Positions 21,439-32,137 are shown, counted from the first letter of the stretch. The stretch: 63,159 nucleotides of DNA from Nitrososphaerota archaeon (GCA_028867615.1 JAGWGC010000001.1:3188-66346), one strand, 5' to 3'. Translations and numbers: made by a program. The notes: generated from the sequence alone by a model not told the origin.

Positions 21439-22799
21439 GCTTTTCAGCCAGAGCAGTGTGGAAAGAGTTTTCACACAGCAAAATTGGGATGACTGGAGTT
21501 GCAATACTTTTAATTCTTTTTGCCATGTCCATTGTTGCATTTGTAACAATACCTCTTGACATCTTCAAGACATGGAACGATCCAGCAAGCTGGTTGCTGT
21601 ATCCAAAGTCTGCCCAACCTGCATGGGTCAACTATTTCCAATCTGAAAAAATTCCAGAGCACTTGATACTATCACCTGTCCGCTCATCGCAGCAACTTGG
21701 CTCTGTCAATGTACTGACTGATTCATTTGCGGTAAATTATCAGTATGATGGTTTTCCAAGTGATTTTATCTACCAGTATGCTGCAAAATACAGCGGCTCG
21801 CCGCTTTTACAAATATCTGTGACAAGGCCCGATGGAATTGATTTGCACCTTGTATCAAAGTCATTGCCTTTTGCAGGCAATGATTCTGTATATAGCAGTA
21901 TGATATTTTCAACACAAAATGTCATACTGAAAAACATTGCAGATAAAAGATCAAACTATGCATTTTCACTTGATGGCATGTCTTCTGAAAAAATCATTTT
22001 TTCAAAACTTGACGAGAACAAAATTCTAAAGGGCCTGTATGTATTTCATGTTCATCTGTATGACGTGTCGACAAAACCGGTTTTGGAAAAATCACGCCTG
22101 ATTCTTGGTGGGCAGGTATATGGAGTCATGGGAACTGATGAACTAAGAAGAGACCTCTCAATTGGACTGCTTTGGGGCACGCCTCTTGCGTTATTCATAG
22201 GCATAACGGTATCAATTGGTTCTGTAGTGATTGGTCTGATCTATGGTGTCTATGCTGGCTACAAAGGAAGGGCAACAGATGAAGTTCTGATGCGCTTCAA
22301 CGACATCATATATGCAATGCCTGCCTTGCCTCTGTTGATTATTCTTGCAGTAACAATCGGCAACAGCATATTTCTGATGGTTGGATTTCTAGTGATATTT
22401 GGTTGGGTTGGAATTGCAAAGGTATCTAGAAGCATGGCAATGCAGATTAAGACACTCCAATATGTCGAGGCAGCACAACTAATGGGCCAGAAAAATTACA
22501 AGATACTCTTCAAACACATCTTGCCGCAACTTCTTCCATATGCGTTTGCAAGCATTGCAATTTCTGTACCGGGCGCAATCACCACTGAAGCCGGCCTGAG
22601 TTTTCTGGGGCTGGGAGATCCGACCTTTCCAACATGGGGTCAGATACTCCATGATGCAAGCTCGTACAGTGCGGCGGCCCGTGGAATGTGGTGGTGGATT
22701 ATGCCTCCTGGCATAATGATCGCGGTGACAGGTCTTGCGTTTGTGTTTATGGGCCACGCAATGGATGGTATTGTAAACCCTAAGCTTCGACAGCGTTGA
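21435..22799 (+). CDS. Peptide ABC transporter permease (DppC/OppC type)
   Basis: GTDELRRD, YVEAA, EAGLSFLGLG and PTWG motifs. Confidence 0.92.
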   Translation: MSFSARAVWKEFSHSKIGMTGVAILLILFAMSIVAFVTIPLDIFKTWNDPASWLLYPKSAQPAWVNYFQSEKIPEHLILSPVRSSQQLGSVNVLTDSFAVNYQYDGFPSDFIYQYAAKYSGSPLLQISVTRPDGIDLHLVSKSLPFAGNDSVYSSMIFSTQNVILKNIADKRSNYAFSLDGMSSEKIIFSKLDENKILKGLYVFHVHLYDVSTKPVLEKSRLILGGQVYGVMGTDELRRDLSIGLLWGTPLALFIGITVSIGSVVIGLIYGVYAGYKGRATDEVLMRFNDIIYAMPALPLLIILAVTIGNSIFLMVGFLVIFGWVGIAKVSRSMAMQIKTLQYVEAAQLMGQKNYKILFKHILPQLLPYAFASIAISVPGAITTEAGLSFLGLGDPTFPTWGQILHDASSYSAAARGMWWWIMPPGIMIAVTGLAFVFMGHAMDGIVNPKLRQR

Positions 22800-23106
22800 A
22801 CTGGCGAATTATCTTGATGGTATTATCTGATAATTTGATTGTGTAGGCTGCTGCATTTGGATCAACTGACTGGGCAAGTGTCTCTGCGAACTGGGTCTTG
22901 TCTCTGCCTCTCTGGTACATTCCACCCGATTCTTTTATGCATAGTGGAAACTTTTGCATCTTTAGTCCGCTCTGAAACAAATGTGCGATGAATTTTTTAT
23001 AATTCTCAGGCAAGTACCAGTCTGCCTTTTTTTCTTCGCATGTCATTATCCATGTATCAATTGTATTTTGGAATAATGCTTTGCTCCTTAATTCTTCAAG
23101 GGTCAT
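22780..23106 (-). CDS. Hypothetical protein
   Basis: Plausible protein sequence in a run of minus-strand genes. Confidence 0.7.
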   Translation of the reverse strand: MTLEELRSKALFQNTIDTWIMTCEEKKADWYLPENYKKFIAHLFQSGLKMQKFPLCIKESGGMYQRGRDKTQFAETLAQSVDPNAAAYTIKLSDNTIKIIRQFNAVEA

Positions 23107-23115
23107 TTTTTATTT

Positions 23116-23445
23116 CTAGAAATCTGCTCGCTTCATCTTAGAGCCGCATCGTGGACACATTCCGCCCTTGTATCTGTTGTTGCATGCAAGGCAGATGTAT
23201 TTTACTCCCTGGTTCTGTCCAAAAAATCCTCCGCCACCACCGACGCCTGCATCTGAGCCCATTCCACCCATGCGCTTGATCGACCTGTTTCTTAGGATTA
23301 GCGGGAAAATTATGAATACGGCAAGTGCGATTGCTACTCCTGAGAATGGAGGCCAGTTTAGGTATGATGCAAGCAATTGGATTCCTATGCTAAACGCCAA
23401 AGATCCAAAGAGGAATACTAGATATGTCTTGTAATTTATCAACAC
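23116..23445 (-). CDS. Membrane protein with Gly-rich linker and C-terminal zinc ribbon
   Basis: Two TMs; CLAC...CPRCG. Confidence 0.75.
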   Translation of the reverse strand: MLINYKTYLVFLFGSLAFSIGIQLLASYLNWPPFSGVAIALAVFIIFPLILRNRSIKRMGGMGSDAGVGGGGGFFGQNQGVKYICLACNNRYKGGMCPRCGSKMKRADF

Positions 23446-23484
23446 TAGTGGTTACATCAAAAAGCTTATAAATTTTTGTCAGGA

Positions 23485-23892
23485 TTAATCCAAACTTATA
23501 GTTGTTTCAAGCAGGTTGCCATCACGATCATAGGCAAAAATGTCACCATCTTCATACGGTGATTGTATGATGATTGACACAAAACCAAAAAAGTTGTGCA
23601 AATCGGTAACTGATGGCTTGGCAACACCTGATGGATGAGAGTGGACTGTTCCTATGTAACTTGTATCAAACGGAAGAAAAGAATGCGGAAATCCTGCAAA
23701 TGTGGGACCTGTGTGGAAAAATGGTGGAATGACCAAGCCTTCTACAAGCACTTTGCCCTTTCTTGACTTGCCCCTGAGTACCAATATGCACTCGTTTGGG
23801 TGGTTCATCTTACAATATGACAAAATGCTATCCCTGATCTCTTTTTTTATGGTTATAGTTCTCTTGAGTTTTTCTTTCTTGGAAAAGATCAT
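23485..23892 (-). CDS. JAMM/MPN+ (Mov34) metalloprotease
   Basis: HPNE and GTVHSHPSG..PS..DL motifs. Confidence 0.92.
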   Translation of the reverse strand: MIFSKKEKLKRTITIKKEIRDSILSYCKMNHPNECILVLRGKSRKGKVLVEGLVIPPFFHTGPTFAGFPHSFLPFDTSYIGTVHSHPSGVAKPSVTDLHNFFGFVSIIIQSPYEDGDIFAYDRDGNLLETTISLD

Positions 23893-23936
23893 TATCGTTA
23901 CTTTTACATCACACGCTAATTAATCTTCGACGTGAC

Positions 23937-25217
23937 TTACTTCAGCAAGACTTTGGAGCCTGTCAACCTTGCAACACCTGATTCTATCTCTGAAATATTT
24001 TTTGCCAGAGTGTGATTGCCATCACTGATCTCTTCCTCCAGTTTCTTTTTGATCCGTTCCATGTTTGCTATGTCTGTCTTTGCCTTGTACAAGTCATGCT
24101 CTTTTGATTCTAGTGACTTGATATCAAAGACTGTAAGATCTTTTTCTAACGCTGCCACCTTCTTGGAATATGCCTCTTTTAATGACACGAATTCATCAAG
24201 TCTTGATATTGTCTCCTGAATTTGTTCTATGGATTTTTCAGAGTCCTTGACAGATATGGAGCCTGAGATTACTGATTTTTCTACTGCCTCTAAAATCTGT
24301 ACTATGGAATCCTTGTTGTGCGGGGAAATTACATCGTATGGATTGGAAAGAAGTTCATCCATCATCTTTCTTACTGGTTTTTCAAATGATGAGATGTAGC
24401 TGTACCTGCCAAGTGGCCTTGAAATCTTTGAGAACTGGAAATCGATGACATTTTTTATATCTGACTTTTCAGACGACATGGGGTCTATCTTGTTTTTTAT
24501 TTCAAGAAACTTTGTGTGACCCTCACTTGATCTCAGATCATGAATTTGTTTTTCAAGACTTGAAATGATATCCTTGAGGGACTGGACTTCTAACTCTATC
24601 TCAGACAGCCTGTCATTTTTTTGTGCTATTGATGTTCTCTGCTCTGAAACTTTTTGACTCAAGTCTGCTATGATTTTACCATCTGCCCTGAAATTTTCTG
24701 TGGCATTTATTGATGACTGCAATTGATTTCTGCTCTTTGCAACCTTTGCAATCTCTTCTTTGAGACTGTCCGCATATTTTTTTGCAAAAATGTGAATTAT
24801 CCTAGAGTTCTGTCCTAACACGTCACCCATTTTTTTCAGCATCTGACTTATTTCCGTATTGAGTAGGACTGCCTGATCATACTTGGTAGCACTTGTCAAC
24901 ACTGTTGTCGTCTCTTTTTTTATAGTTGACACAATTGCATTTTTGCCTCTCTTTACAATGACTCTGAGACTCTTGTCAACGTCATCAAGCTTTAGATCAT
25001 CTGACTCTAGGTGCAAAATTAGACTGAGAATTTTTTTTCGGTGTGCCTCTACTTCTTCCTTGGTAGACTGTGCAATCTCTACCGCCTCTATCATCCGTGG
25101 CAATTCGATCTCGTGCAGTATGCCTGGTATCTCTTCTAATGATATTTTTCTTTCAGTCTGGACTGGTGTGGTGGGCTGCTGCTCCTGTGTTTTTTTCTTG
25201 CCAAAGCCAAAAACCAT
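23937..25217 (-). CDS. Coiled-coil protein of unknown function
   Basis: Long K/E-rich heptad segments; no Walker motif seen. Confidence 0.75.
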   Translation of the reverse strand: MVFGFGKKKTQEQQPTTPVQTERKISLEEIPGILHEIELPRMIEAVEIAQSTKEEVEAHRKKILSLILHLESDDLKLDDVDKSLRVIVKRGKNAIVSTIKKETTTVLTSATKYDQAVLLNTEISQMLKKMGDVLGQNSRIIHIFAKKYADSLKEEIAKVAKSRNQLQSSINATENFRADGKIIADLSQKVSEQRTSIAQKNDRLSEIELEVQSLKDIISSLEKQIHDLRSSEGHTKFLEIKNKIDPMSSEKSDIKNVIDFQFSKISRPLGRYSYISSFEKPVRKMMDELLSNPYDVISPHNKDSIVQILEAVEKSVISGSISVKDSEKSIEQIQETISRLDEFVSLKEAYSKKVAALEKDLTVFDIKSLESKEHDLYKAKTDIANMERIKKKLEEEISDGNHTLAKNISEIESGVARLTGSKVLLK

Positions 25218-25284
25218 TTTTCTTGATCACTTGATATGATATTTTACGAACATTAAATATTATGCAGAACAATGTTCAGTCATC

Positions 25285-25593
25285 ATGAGTGACATACGGC
25301 TTGTCATGATAGGAGCAGTTGTGATATTTGCGGGCTTTCTGGTTGCAAGCATCGGAAATGCTGACTATGCCCAGTATGCAGTCCAGCAGCAAAGCTTTGA
25401 TGATTGCTATGATTATTCCTCGGGTGTTGCAATACATGTCAAGTGCTCAGACAAGAGCTACGATCACATGCTGTACCTACTTTTGTCATTTGCTCTTTTG
25501 GGAATAGGGGGATTTGTCATGTACAAGGGAATACGCGGAAAATGGGATCATGATGTTAAAGACAATGAGATGCTTGGTCCAAAGGACACTTGA
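25285..25593 (+). CDS. Small two-TM hypothetical protein
   Basis: Two TMs flanking a loop with two Cys. Confidence 0.7.
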   Translation: MSDIRLVMIGAVVIFAGFLVASIGNADYAQYAVQQQSFDDCYDYSSGVAIHVKCSDKSYDHMLYLLLSFALLGIGGFVMYKGIRGKWDHDVKDNEMLGPKDT

Positions 25594-25596
25594 TAT

Positions 25597-27555
25597 CTAC
25601 TTTATTGCCTGAATCTTGACAAGATATTCTATGGCACTTAGAAACTCGTCATCTGAAATCAATCCCTGTGACTGGAGACTGGCAGTGTGCTTTACCCAAC
25701 TTGGAATTGTTGTAAAGTTGTAGATTGGTACGCTGTTTGATGCACCTTGTAGTAGCATTGACTTGACTGCATTGAGAAATTCTGTACTTGATATCTTGTC
25801 ATGTGACCACTGGAATGCACTTGTTGTCCATGGGGCCTGGGGCTTGAACATGTTTGGCATGTTACTGATTGTGGTAATTCGGTATCCGTTGTTTCGTATG
25901 CTATCAATTAGCAACTGGAGGTTCTGAATTTTTTCCATATCAGGCATATTTGTCCTGGCGGTTGCATTACCTTGAGCATAATCTTGGAAGTTGAGTGTGA
26001 CAACTGCATACCCGTCTGCCCTGATTGTATCATTGATGCTTGACAATATCTTGTCATTGAGTATGCTCTGGTTTGTGTCTTGTGCAAGCACTCCGGAGAA
26101 TACATTTGCGGGGTAGCTGTATGTTTTGTTTACCAAGTCCTGTGGAATCTTGAGTGTTGGACTGCCGCTTATGATTCCAATATTGTTTGATGCCATTGCA
26201 TACACGGTATCATCATTGGTTTTTTCATATGGTGGCATGAATACAGTTGGGGTGACGCCAAGAAGGCTTGACATCTTTGCTTTTGATTCTTGTAACAAGT
26301 TTGACTGTTGGCCTCTTGTAAATATTGTAAAGTCTTCAAAGCTCCATCCATTTATTGCAACATCAATATTGCCATCTTGTATCTTTGATTTTAGATAGTT
26401 TACTAGTTTAGAGTCGTTTCCAAATGCTTTTCCTATGATGCCTACTGTAATGCCTGCATCTTTGCTGTCAAAGCTGTCCATTATCTTGACTTGGACATTG
26501 TCAAGCCAATAGTCCTGGACACTGTCAAGCCTGAATGCAACACAGTTACAGTTTGGAATTGATGGTTTTTGAGATCCGATAGTGCCTGTAGGTGAACTAG
26601 TGAGTTGGCCGGTGGGTGCAATGGTTGTAGTTACAGTGGCATTTTGGTTTTGCATTATCTGAAAAGCGGTAATTGTTCCATCCTCTGTAACACTTGCAGT
26701 TGCCCACTCTGAATTGTCATCTGTCTTTATGACCTTGAATGTATAGTCTCCAACTTTGAGGTTTGAAAAATATGCCTCACCTCTTGATGTTACAGGGGAC
26801 TCGGATATCTTGTTACCATTGCTGTCAAAGAGGCTTACTGAAAACTTGCCATCAGTTGGCAAGATGGGATGCGACTGGGCATTGAGGACCTTTACTGTCA
26901 CAAGTGAGTCTACTATTGGGGGCCAATTTGTTGTGATCTTGATCTCTTGTGCAATTCCTGGTCTGAGATATACTGGAGAGTAGGAATAGGTCAAGTGGTT
27001 TCCAATATGTATGTCAACAATATAGTGGTCATCTGGAGATGTTGTAGGCTCTATCCAAAAACGCAGCGAGTCTCCATCTACATTTGTGATACTGTGGCCC
27101 CACGTCTTGTTGTCCTGAGCTGCTCTGACATCGACAGTGGCATTTGCAATTGGCGTCAATCCGTCACTGTAAAATGCATTGATTCGCATTCCTCCGGGGA
27201 GAGGAAGATTTACTGTGACGTCTTGTTGCTGCTGTTGCAGGTCCACATATGCAACACTAGAGTACATGCTGTTTGCGTATGCTACTATCTTGTATTGGTG
27301 ATTTATCGGAAGCGACACAATGTTGAATGGGTTTCCTGTAATTGATTCAATTACTTTGTAGGGAGTCTGGCTAGAATCTTGGTATATGGTAAGTGATACT
27401 GGCCAATAGTCTGCAGTATCTCCGTTGGTATAAACAAGTGTCACTGCAATGGAGCCACTAGTGTCTGCAAACGATGGTACCGGAATTAAAAAAAGCAAAG
27501 ACAATGCAGGTAGAAACATCAAAACGAGTTTTACTTGTGGTCTGTATTTGTCCAA
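25597..27555 (-). CDS. Secreted protein: beta-sandwich domains, degenerate polysaccharide deacetylase (NodB-like) domain, thaumarchaeal C-terminal motifs
   Basis: CNCVAFRLDSVQDYWL and FMPPY motifs; C-terminal IPSWVK...ISDDEFLSAIEYL. Confidence 0.8.
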   Translation of the reverse strand: MDKYRPQVKLVLMFLPALSLLFLIPVPSFADTSGSIAVTLVYTNGDTADYWPVSLTIYQDSSQTPYKVIESITGNPFNIVSLPINHQYKIVAYANSMYSSVAYVDLQQQQQDVTVNLPLPGGMRINAFYSDGLTPIANATVDVRAAQDNKTWGHSITNVDGDSLRFWIEPTTSPDDHYIVDIHIGNHLTYSYSPVYLRPGIAQEIKITTNWPPIVDSLVTVKVLNAQSHPILPTDGKFSVSLFDSNGNKISESPVTSRGEAYFSNLKVGDYTFKVIKTDDNSEWATASVTEDGTITAFQIMQNQNATVTTTIAPTGQLTSSPTGTIGSQKPSIPNCNCVAFRLDSVQDYWLDNVQVKIMDSFDSKDAGITVGIIGKAFGNDSKLVNYLKSKIQDGNIDVAINGWSFEDFTIFTRGQQSNLLQESKAKMSSLLGVTPTVFMPPYEKTNDDTVYAMASNNIGIISGSPTLKIPQDLVNKTYSYPANVFSGVLAQDTNQSILNDKILSSINDTIRADGYAVVTLNFQDYAQGNATARTNMPDMEKIQNLQLLIDSIRNNGYRITTISNMPNMFKPQAPWTTSAFQWSHDKISSTEFLNAVKSMLLQGASNSVPIYNFTTIPSWVKHTASLQSQGLISDDEFLSAIEYLVKIQAIK

Positions 27556-27652
27556 ATATCTTTTACCTATTGCATGCTAGAATTTGCTTGTTATTAAAAG
27601 TCAATATGAAAAAATACTGTGAACCATATGAGATTTTTAAAATTTAGGGTTT

Positions 27653-29107
27653 CTAGATCCCGACTCTTTCAGCTCTTGTCCAGACTACGCCTTTTTTTCT
27701 TAGATGTTCCAAGATTGCACCAATCAAAAAAATGTCAAGTATTTGCTTGAATCCTAACACGAGAAAGATTCCATATGCAATGAGTTTTGGGTCCTCGTTG
27801 TCAAGTCTTACTGCCAGTGCCACCTGCATGCACTGGAGTGCTGAAAACATGCCAACCATCGCAAGCACAAACCCTCCCCCTCCGAAAATTCCTGCATATA
27901 TTGCACTGCCTAGTGTTATGACACTTACAAAAGGCATGATGCAGCTTGAAAAAAGCATGTAGGGAAAGACAAACTTTTGCAAGACTCCAAACCGTGAATT
28001 TGTCAGCGCATCGGAATGCCTCGCAAAGACTTGGAGGTTGCCACTATACCACCTCTTTCTTTGCTGGTACAAACTTCTCAGTGATTCAGGGGCCTCTGTA
28101 TATGCAGTGGCATTTGTGCTGCCTGAAATGACTGACTTTGTCTTGAGAATCTTGAGAGTGACATCGAAATCCTCTACAAGCGTATCCTTGTGGTAGCTTC
28201 CAATTTCTTCTAACACACTTTTTCTAAAAGATCCTAGTGCTCCTGGAACTACGGAAATTGCACCAAATACATCAAGCGCCCTTCTTACAATCTGTATCCC
28301 TGACACATACTCTATTGCTTGGCACCATGTGAGCCAGTTTTTCCTGTTTCTTACCTTGATGTTTCCTGCAACTGCTGCAATGTTTGCATCCGTTGAAAAT
28401 ATTGCAGCCAGATGCACAAGTGACTCGCGCCCAATTATTGTATCTGCATCAACTACAACAATTATTTCTCCCGTGGAATATGCAAGACCAAAGTTTATTG
28501 CACTTGCCTTGCCGCCATTTGTCTTTTGCAGAACCTTTGCCTGCTTTTTGTATTTTGACATGATATTGTATGTATTGTCCTTGCTACCATCATCTACAAG
28601 GATGATTTCTTTGTCGGGATATTTTGTTTCTAAAAGGGCCTGCACTGTAGCATCTATTACCTTTTCTTCATTGTAGGCAGGAACTATGATTGTCATTTTG
28701 GGATATGATGCAAGTTCTGGAATTGACATCTCGCGGCGCTTGCTGTAAAGTGCAAGCGGGATAAACAAGAGCGTACTCCAAAACATTAGTGTCAGGCCCC
28801 ACAGTAGGATCGCCTTTGCTATTGAATTTTGTGTCCAATATGTGTCATAGCCAACTGTTATTCCAAGAGCAACTGGAGATATCAGCAAAAAAATGAAAAA
28901 AGGCGAAGGAAAGTTTCTATTTTTTCCTAGTTTTGAAGCAAAACTGCCTTGAAGCATGATCATTTGGAATATGACCATGATTGCACCAAGACCTGTGGCA
29001 ATCACTGTGATTGGAGAAAATACCATGTATGCCATCATGATAAGCAATCCAAAGATTGCACCGCTTATGATAATCAGGACAGGATCAAATCTTTTTTGGT
29101 TTGACAC
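27653..29107 (-). CDS. Processive GT2 glycosyltransferase (PgaC/IcaA-like)
   Basis: PAYNEE, VDDGSKD, GGKA, DAD, VED and QRKRW motifs plus TMs. Confidence 0.9.
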   Translation of the reverse strand: MSNQKRFDPVLIIISGAIFGLLIMMAYMVFSPITVIATGLGAIMVIFQMIMLQGSFASKLGKNRNFPSPFFIFLLISPVALGITVGYDTYWTQNSIAKAILLWGLTLMFWSTLLFIPLALYSKRREMSIPELASYPKMTIIVPAYNEEKVIDATVQALLETKYPDKEIILVDDGSKDNTYNIMSKYKKQAKVLQKTNGGKASAINFGLAYSTGEIIVVVDADTIIGRESLVHLAAIFSTDANIAAVAGNIKVRNRKNWLTWCQAIEYVSGIQIVRRALDVFGAISVVPGALGSFRKSVLEEIGSYHKDTLVEDFDVTLKILKTKSVISGSTNATAYTEAPESLRSLYQQRKRWYSGNLQVFARHSDALTNSRFGVLQKFVFPYMLFSSCIMPFVSVITLGSAIYAGIFGGGGFVLAMVGMFSALQCMQVALAVRLDNEDPKLIAYGIFLVLGFKQILDIFLIGAILEHLRKKGVVWTRAERVGI

Positions 29108-29235
29108 GTCTTTGATGTTGCAATATCACACTAATGGGTCTTTTTGTGTCTTGTGTGTATATGAAATGAATCCGGTATAATTTTTGTATTGTAATCATAC
29201 CACATAAGTAATGCTAGTGCAAAATTATTACACGC

Positions 29236-30774
29236 TTGAAGATTATTCTGGCTCTGATTTTCTTGGTATCTTTTGGAGTTATCGATGAGGCATATGGCAT
29301 GCAGTCGTGCCAGTGTGTTGCATTTAGAATGGATGACATTCAGGACTATTGGCTTGATACCGTACAAGTTGGAGTGATTAGCGAGTTTGAGCACAAGGAT
29401 GCCGACCTTACAGTCGGTATAATTGGAAATTATTTTGGACAGGACCAAAAGATTGTGGGTACTGTATCTGATGCGCTCAATGAATCCAACCCAAAGATTG
29501 TGGTTGCAAACCATGGGTGGAACCATGAGCACTTTAACACTTTTTCAAGGGATGAACAGTCTGCTCTGATTCATGATACAAATCAGAAAATTTTAGATAC
29601 ACTCGGCATAACGCCTAATATCTTTATTGCACCATACAATGCAATCAACAACGACACACTGATATCGCTTTTTGAAAACAAGATGGTTTACCTCAGTACA
29701 AATGAGACTCAGGACAGGCCACCATATCGTCTGTCCGGTGCTGCATTTTTTGTATTTCCAGGAACTGCAGAGATTGGTGACATCAACAAGGAAAATACTG
29801 CGTGGATGAGCGTGAACCACAATCAGACATATGCCGAAGTTCTGCGAAGCCTGGTCAAGTATGGTTTTGCAGTTGTCGTATTGCACCCACAAGACTATGC
29901 AAACAAACATCCTGGATTTGTGTATGATGATACCATAAACCGGACCCAAATGCATGAGCTTGACTTGTTGATTGATGACATACGAAATGATGGGTACAAG
30001 ATTGTAACAATGGATGATATTCCCAAGAACTCGCACCATGATACTAGATATCCTGGATGGCTTGACAAAAACTTTGATCTGTATTTTCAGGGAAACATGA
30101 CTAATGCTGACATGATAAACTCGATCAATTATCTAAAAGACAAAAAGGTAATCATATCAAGTGGTGTAAATGACAAGTATCCTCTTCACCAAAATATCAC
30201 TACGACATACTTTTGGATAGGAGAACCTGCTGATGCTGACAATCAGTACATTGACAACTTGTCTAGTGCATGGGATGATAATTGGGTGAGCCATTATGGG
30301 GGAGTGGATAGTCCTGGAAACAGAAGTCAGTATTTTCCATCTGAGTTTATTCCAAAAGAGAATCCGTTTTACTTTGCATTACCATATGATGATTTTGATG
30401 GCAACGGGACACGCAAGGCAGACTCGTATGGTGCTGTATACTGGGCTGGCAAACAATCATGGAATGATTCTGTATCCATGGTGAAAAATAGTTGGATAGA
30501 GATTTCTAAAGGCGACAAGACTGTATATGCCCAATGGGAGGATGTAGGTCCGTTTGTATCTAATGATTCTGCATATGTGTTTGGAAGTTCTATGCCAAAG
30601 AACAAACAAAACAATAATGCCGGACTTGATGTATCTCCTGCCGTGAAAGACTATATTGGTCTGTTAGATGGGAAAAATGTGGTCAGCTGGAGGTTTGTTG
30701 ATTACTCTGATGTTCCAGACGGGCCGTGGAAGAAAATTGTGACTACATCTGAGGTATATCATTTACAACACTAG
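29236..30774 (+). CDS. Secreted polysaccharide deacetylase with C-terminal putative double-psi beta-barrel domain
   Basis: FRMDD, HGWNH, FIAPY and LHP motifs; C-terminal WEDVGP...GLDVSPAV. Confidence 0.8.
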   Translation: MKIILALIFLVSFGVIDEAYGMQSCQCVAFRMDDIQDYWLDTVQVGVISEFEHKDADLTVGIIGNYFGQDQKIVGTVSDALNESNPKIVVANHGWNHEHFNTFSRDEQSALIHDTNQKILDTLGITPNIFIAPYNAINNDTLISLFENKMVYLSTNETQDRPPYRLSGAAFFVFPGTAEIGDINKENTAWMSVNHNQTYAEVLRSLVKYGFAVVVLHPQDYANKHPGFVYDDTINRTQMHELDLLIDDIRNDGYKIVTMDDIPKNSHHDTRYPGWLDKNFDLYFQGNMTNADMINSINYLKDKKVIISSGVNDKYPLHQNITTTYFWIGEPADADNQYIDNLSSAWDDNWVSHYGGVDSPGNRSQYFPSEFIPKENPFYFALPYDDFDGNGTRKADSYGAVYWAGKQSWNDSVSMVKNSWIEISKGDKTVYAQWEDVGPFVSNDSAYVFGSSMPKNKQNNNAGLDVSPAVKDYIGLLDGKNVVSWRFVDYSDVPDGPWKKIVTTSEVYHLQH

Positions 30775-30832
30775 GTCTGTTATTTTAAAATAAAAGAGTC
30801 AAGTCGTCTAAATATTTCTCATGTATGACTCA

Positions 30833-31882
30833 TCACTTTTGCTCAAGTGATTTTATGTCAATTACAAACCTGTATCTGACATCACTATTGAGGATTCGTT
30901 TGTATGCCTCGTTTACCTTTTGAATCGGAATCAATTCGATCTCGCTTGCAATGTTATTCTTTGCGCAAAAGTCTAGCATCTCTTGTGTCTCTTTTATTCC
31001 TCCGATGAGCGAGCCCGCAAGGCTACGACGTCCTGCAACAAGGGGAAATGCTCCAACAGATGTCTGCTTTTCTGGAATCCCAACTACTACCATGGAACCG
31101 TCAAGTGCCAAAAGCTCAAGGTACTGGTTCCAGTCAAGCTCTGCAGAGACTGTGTTTATTATCAAGTCGAAATGTCCCTTTAGTTTCTCAAACGTTTCAG
31201 GGTCTGATGTGGTATAAAAATAATCAGCACCGAGTTTTTTTCCATCCTCTTGTTTTTTTAACGAATGACTAAGAACTGTGACCTCTGCACCAAGTGCATG
31301 TGCAATCTTTACTCCCATGTGGCCAATGCCACCAAGCCCTATTATTGCAACCTTTTTTCCAGGGCCTGCCTTCCAGTGCATGAGTGGAGAATATAGTGTT
31401 ATGCCGGCACATAAAAGCGGCGCAGCTTTATCAAGTGGCAAAGAATCTGGTATACGTAATACATAATTTTCATCTACGACAATTCTGTTTGAATATCCTC
31501 CTTGAGTTACAGTGCCATCTTTTTCAGTTCCGTTGTATGTTGTAACCATCCCATCGGTACAATATTGTTCCAAGTTTTTCTTGCAAGCATCACACTTGCG
31601 ACACGAATTTACAAAACATCCCACGCCTACCTTATCACCTATCTTGTATCTTGTTACCTTGGATCCAGTTTTTGATACGGTTCCTGTTATCTCATGTCCG
31701 GGAACCATTGGGAATATGGAACCTCCCCACTCGTCACCCACTTGGTGAATGTCGGTGTGGCATATCCCACAGTATTGTATCTCTACTAGAACATCATTGT
31801 CTCCAATCTCGCGCCTTTCAAACGAGTATGGTGCAAGTGTTGCCTTGGCACTCTGTGCTGCATAACCCTGAACTTTCATCAT
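30833..31882 (-). CDS. Zn-dependent NAD(P) alcohol dehydrogenase (CAD/YahK-like)
   Basis: CGICHTD, PGHE, four-Cys structural Zn site, GLGGIG, YRFVID. Confidence 0.95.
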   Translation of the reverse strand: MMKVQGYAAQSAKATLAPYSFERREIGDNDVLVEIQYCGICHTDIHQVGDEWGGSIFPMVPGHEITGTVSKTGSKVTRYKIGDKVGVGCFVNSCRKCDACKKNLEQYCTDGMVTTYNGTEKDGTVTQGGYSNRIVVDENYVLRIPDSLPLDKAAPLLCAGITLYSPLMHWKAGPGKKVAIIGLGGIGHMGVKIAHALGAEVTVLSHSLKKQEDGKKLGADYFYTTSDPETFEKLKGHFDLIINTVSAELDWNQYLELLALDGSMVVVGIPEKQTSVGAFPLVAGRRSLAGSLIGGIKETQEMLDFCAKNNIASEIELIPIQKVNEAYKRILNSDVRYRFVIDIKSLEQK

Positions 31883-32137
31883 TTTTCTCCTAGATGGTAT
31901 GATGATGGCTTGATTGTATTTAATGATTGGCAGATGTGTACGCCGTTACTAATTTTTCAAGATTTTTGCATTCTGAAAATTTACTCCAATTGAAAAGGCG
32001 TCAAAAGAACTTGTTGTACAATCAACAATGTAGTTTGAATCATTTATCCCGTAGATCTTATCTACACCTGTCAATCAGAACACCATACGATTACAATAGA
32101 CAAGGATGAAAACGGCATTAATCAGGTCAAGGCATTT

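Noticed and set aside
23937-25217. SMC/SbcC ATPase
   Set aside because: Coiled coil only; no Walker A/B or signature motif visible.
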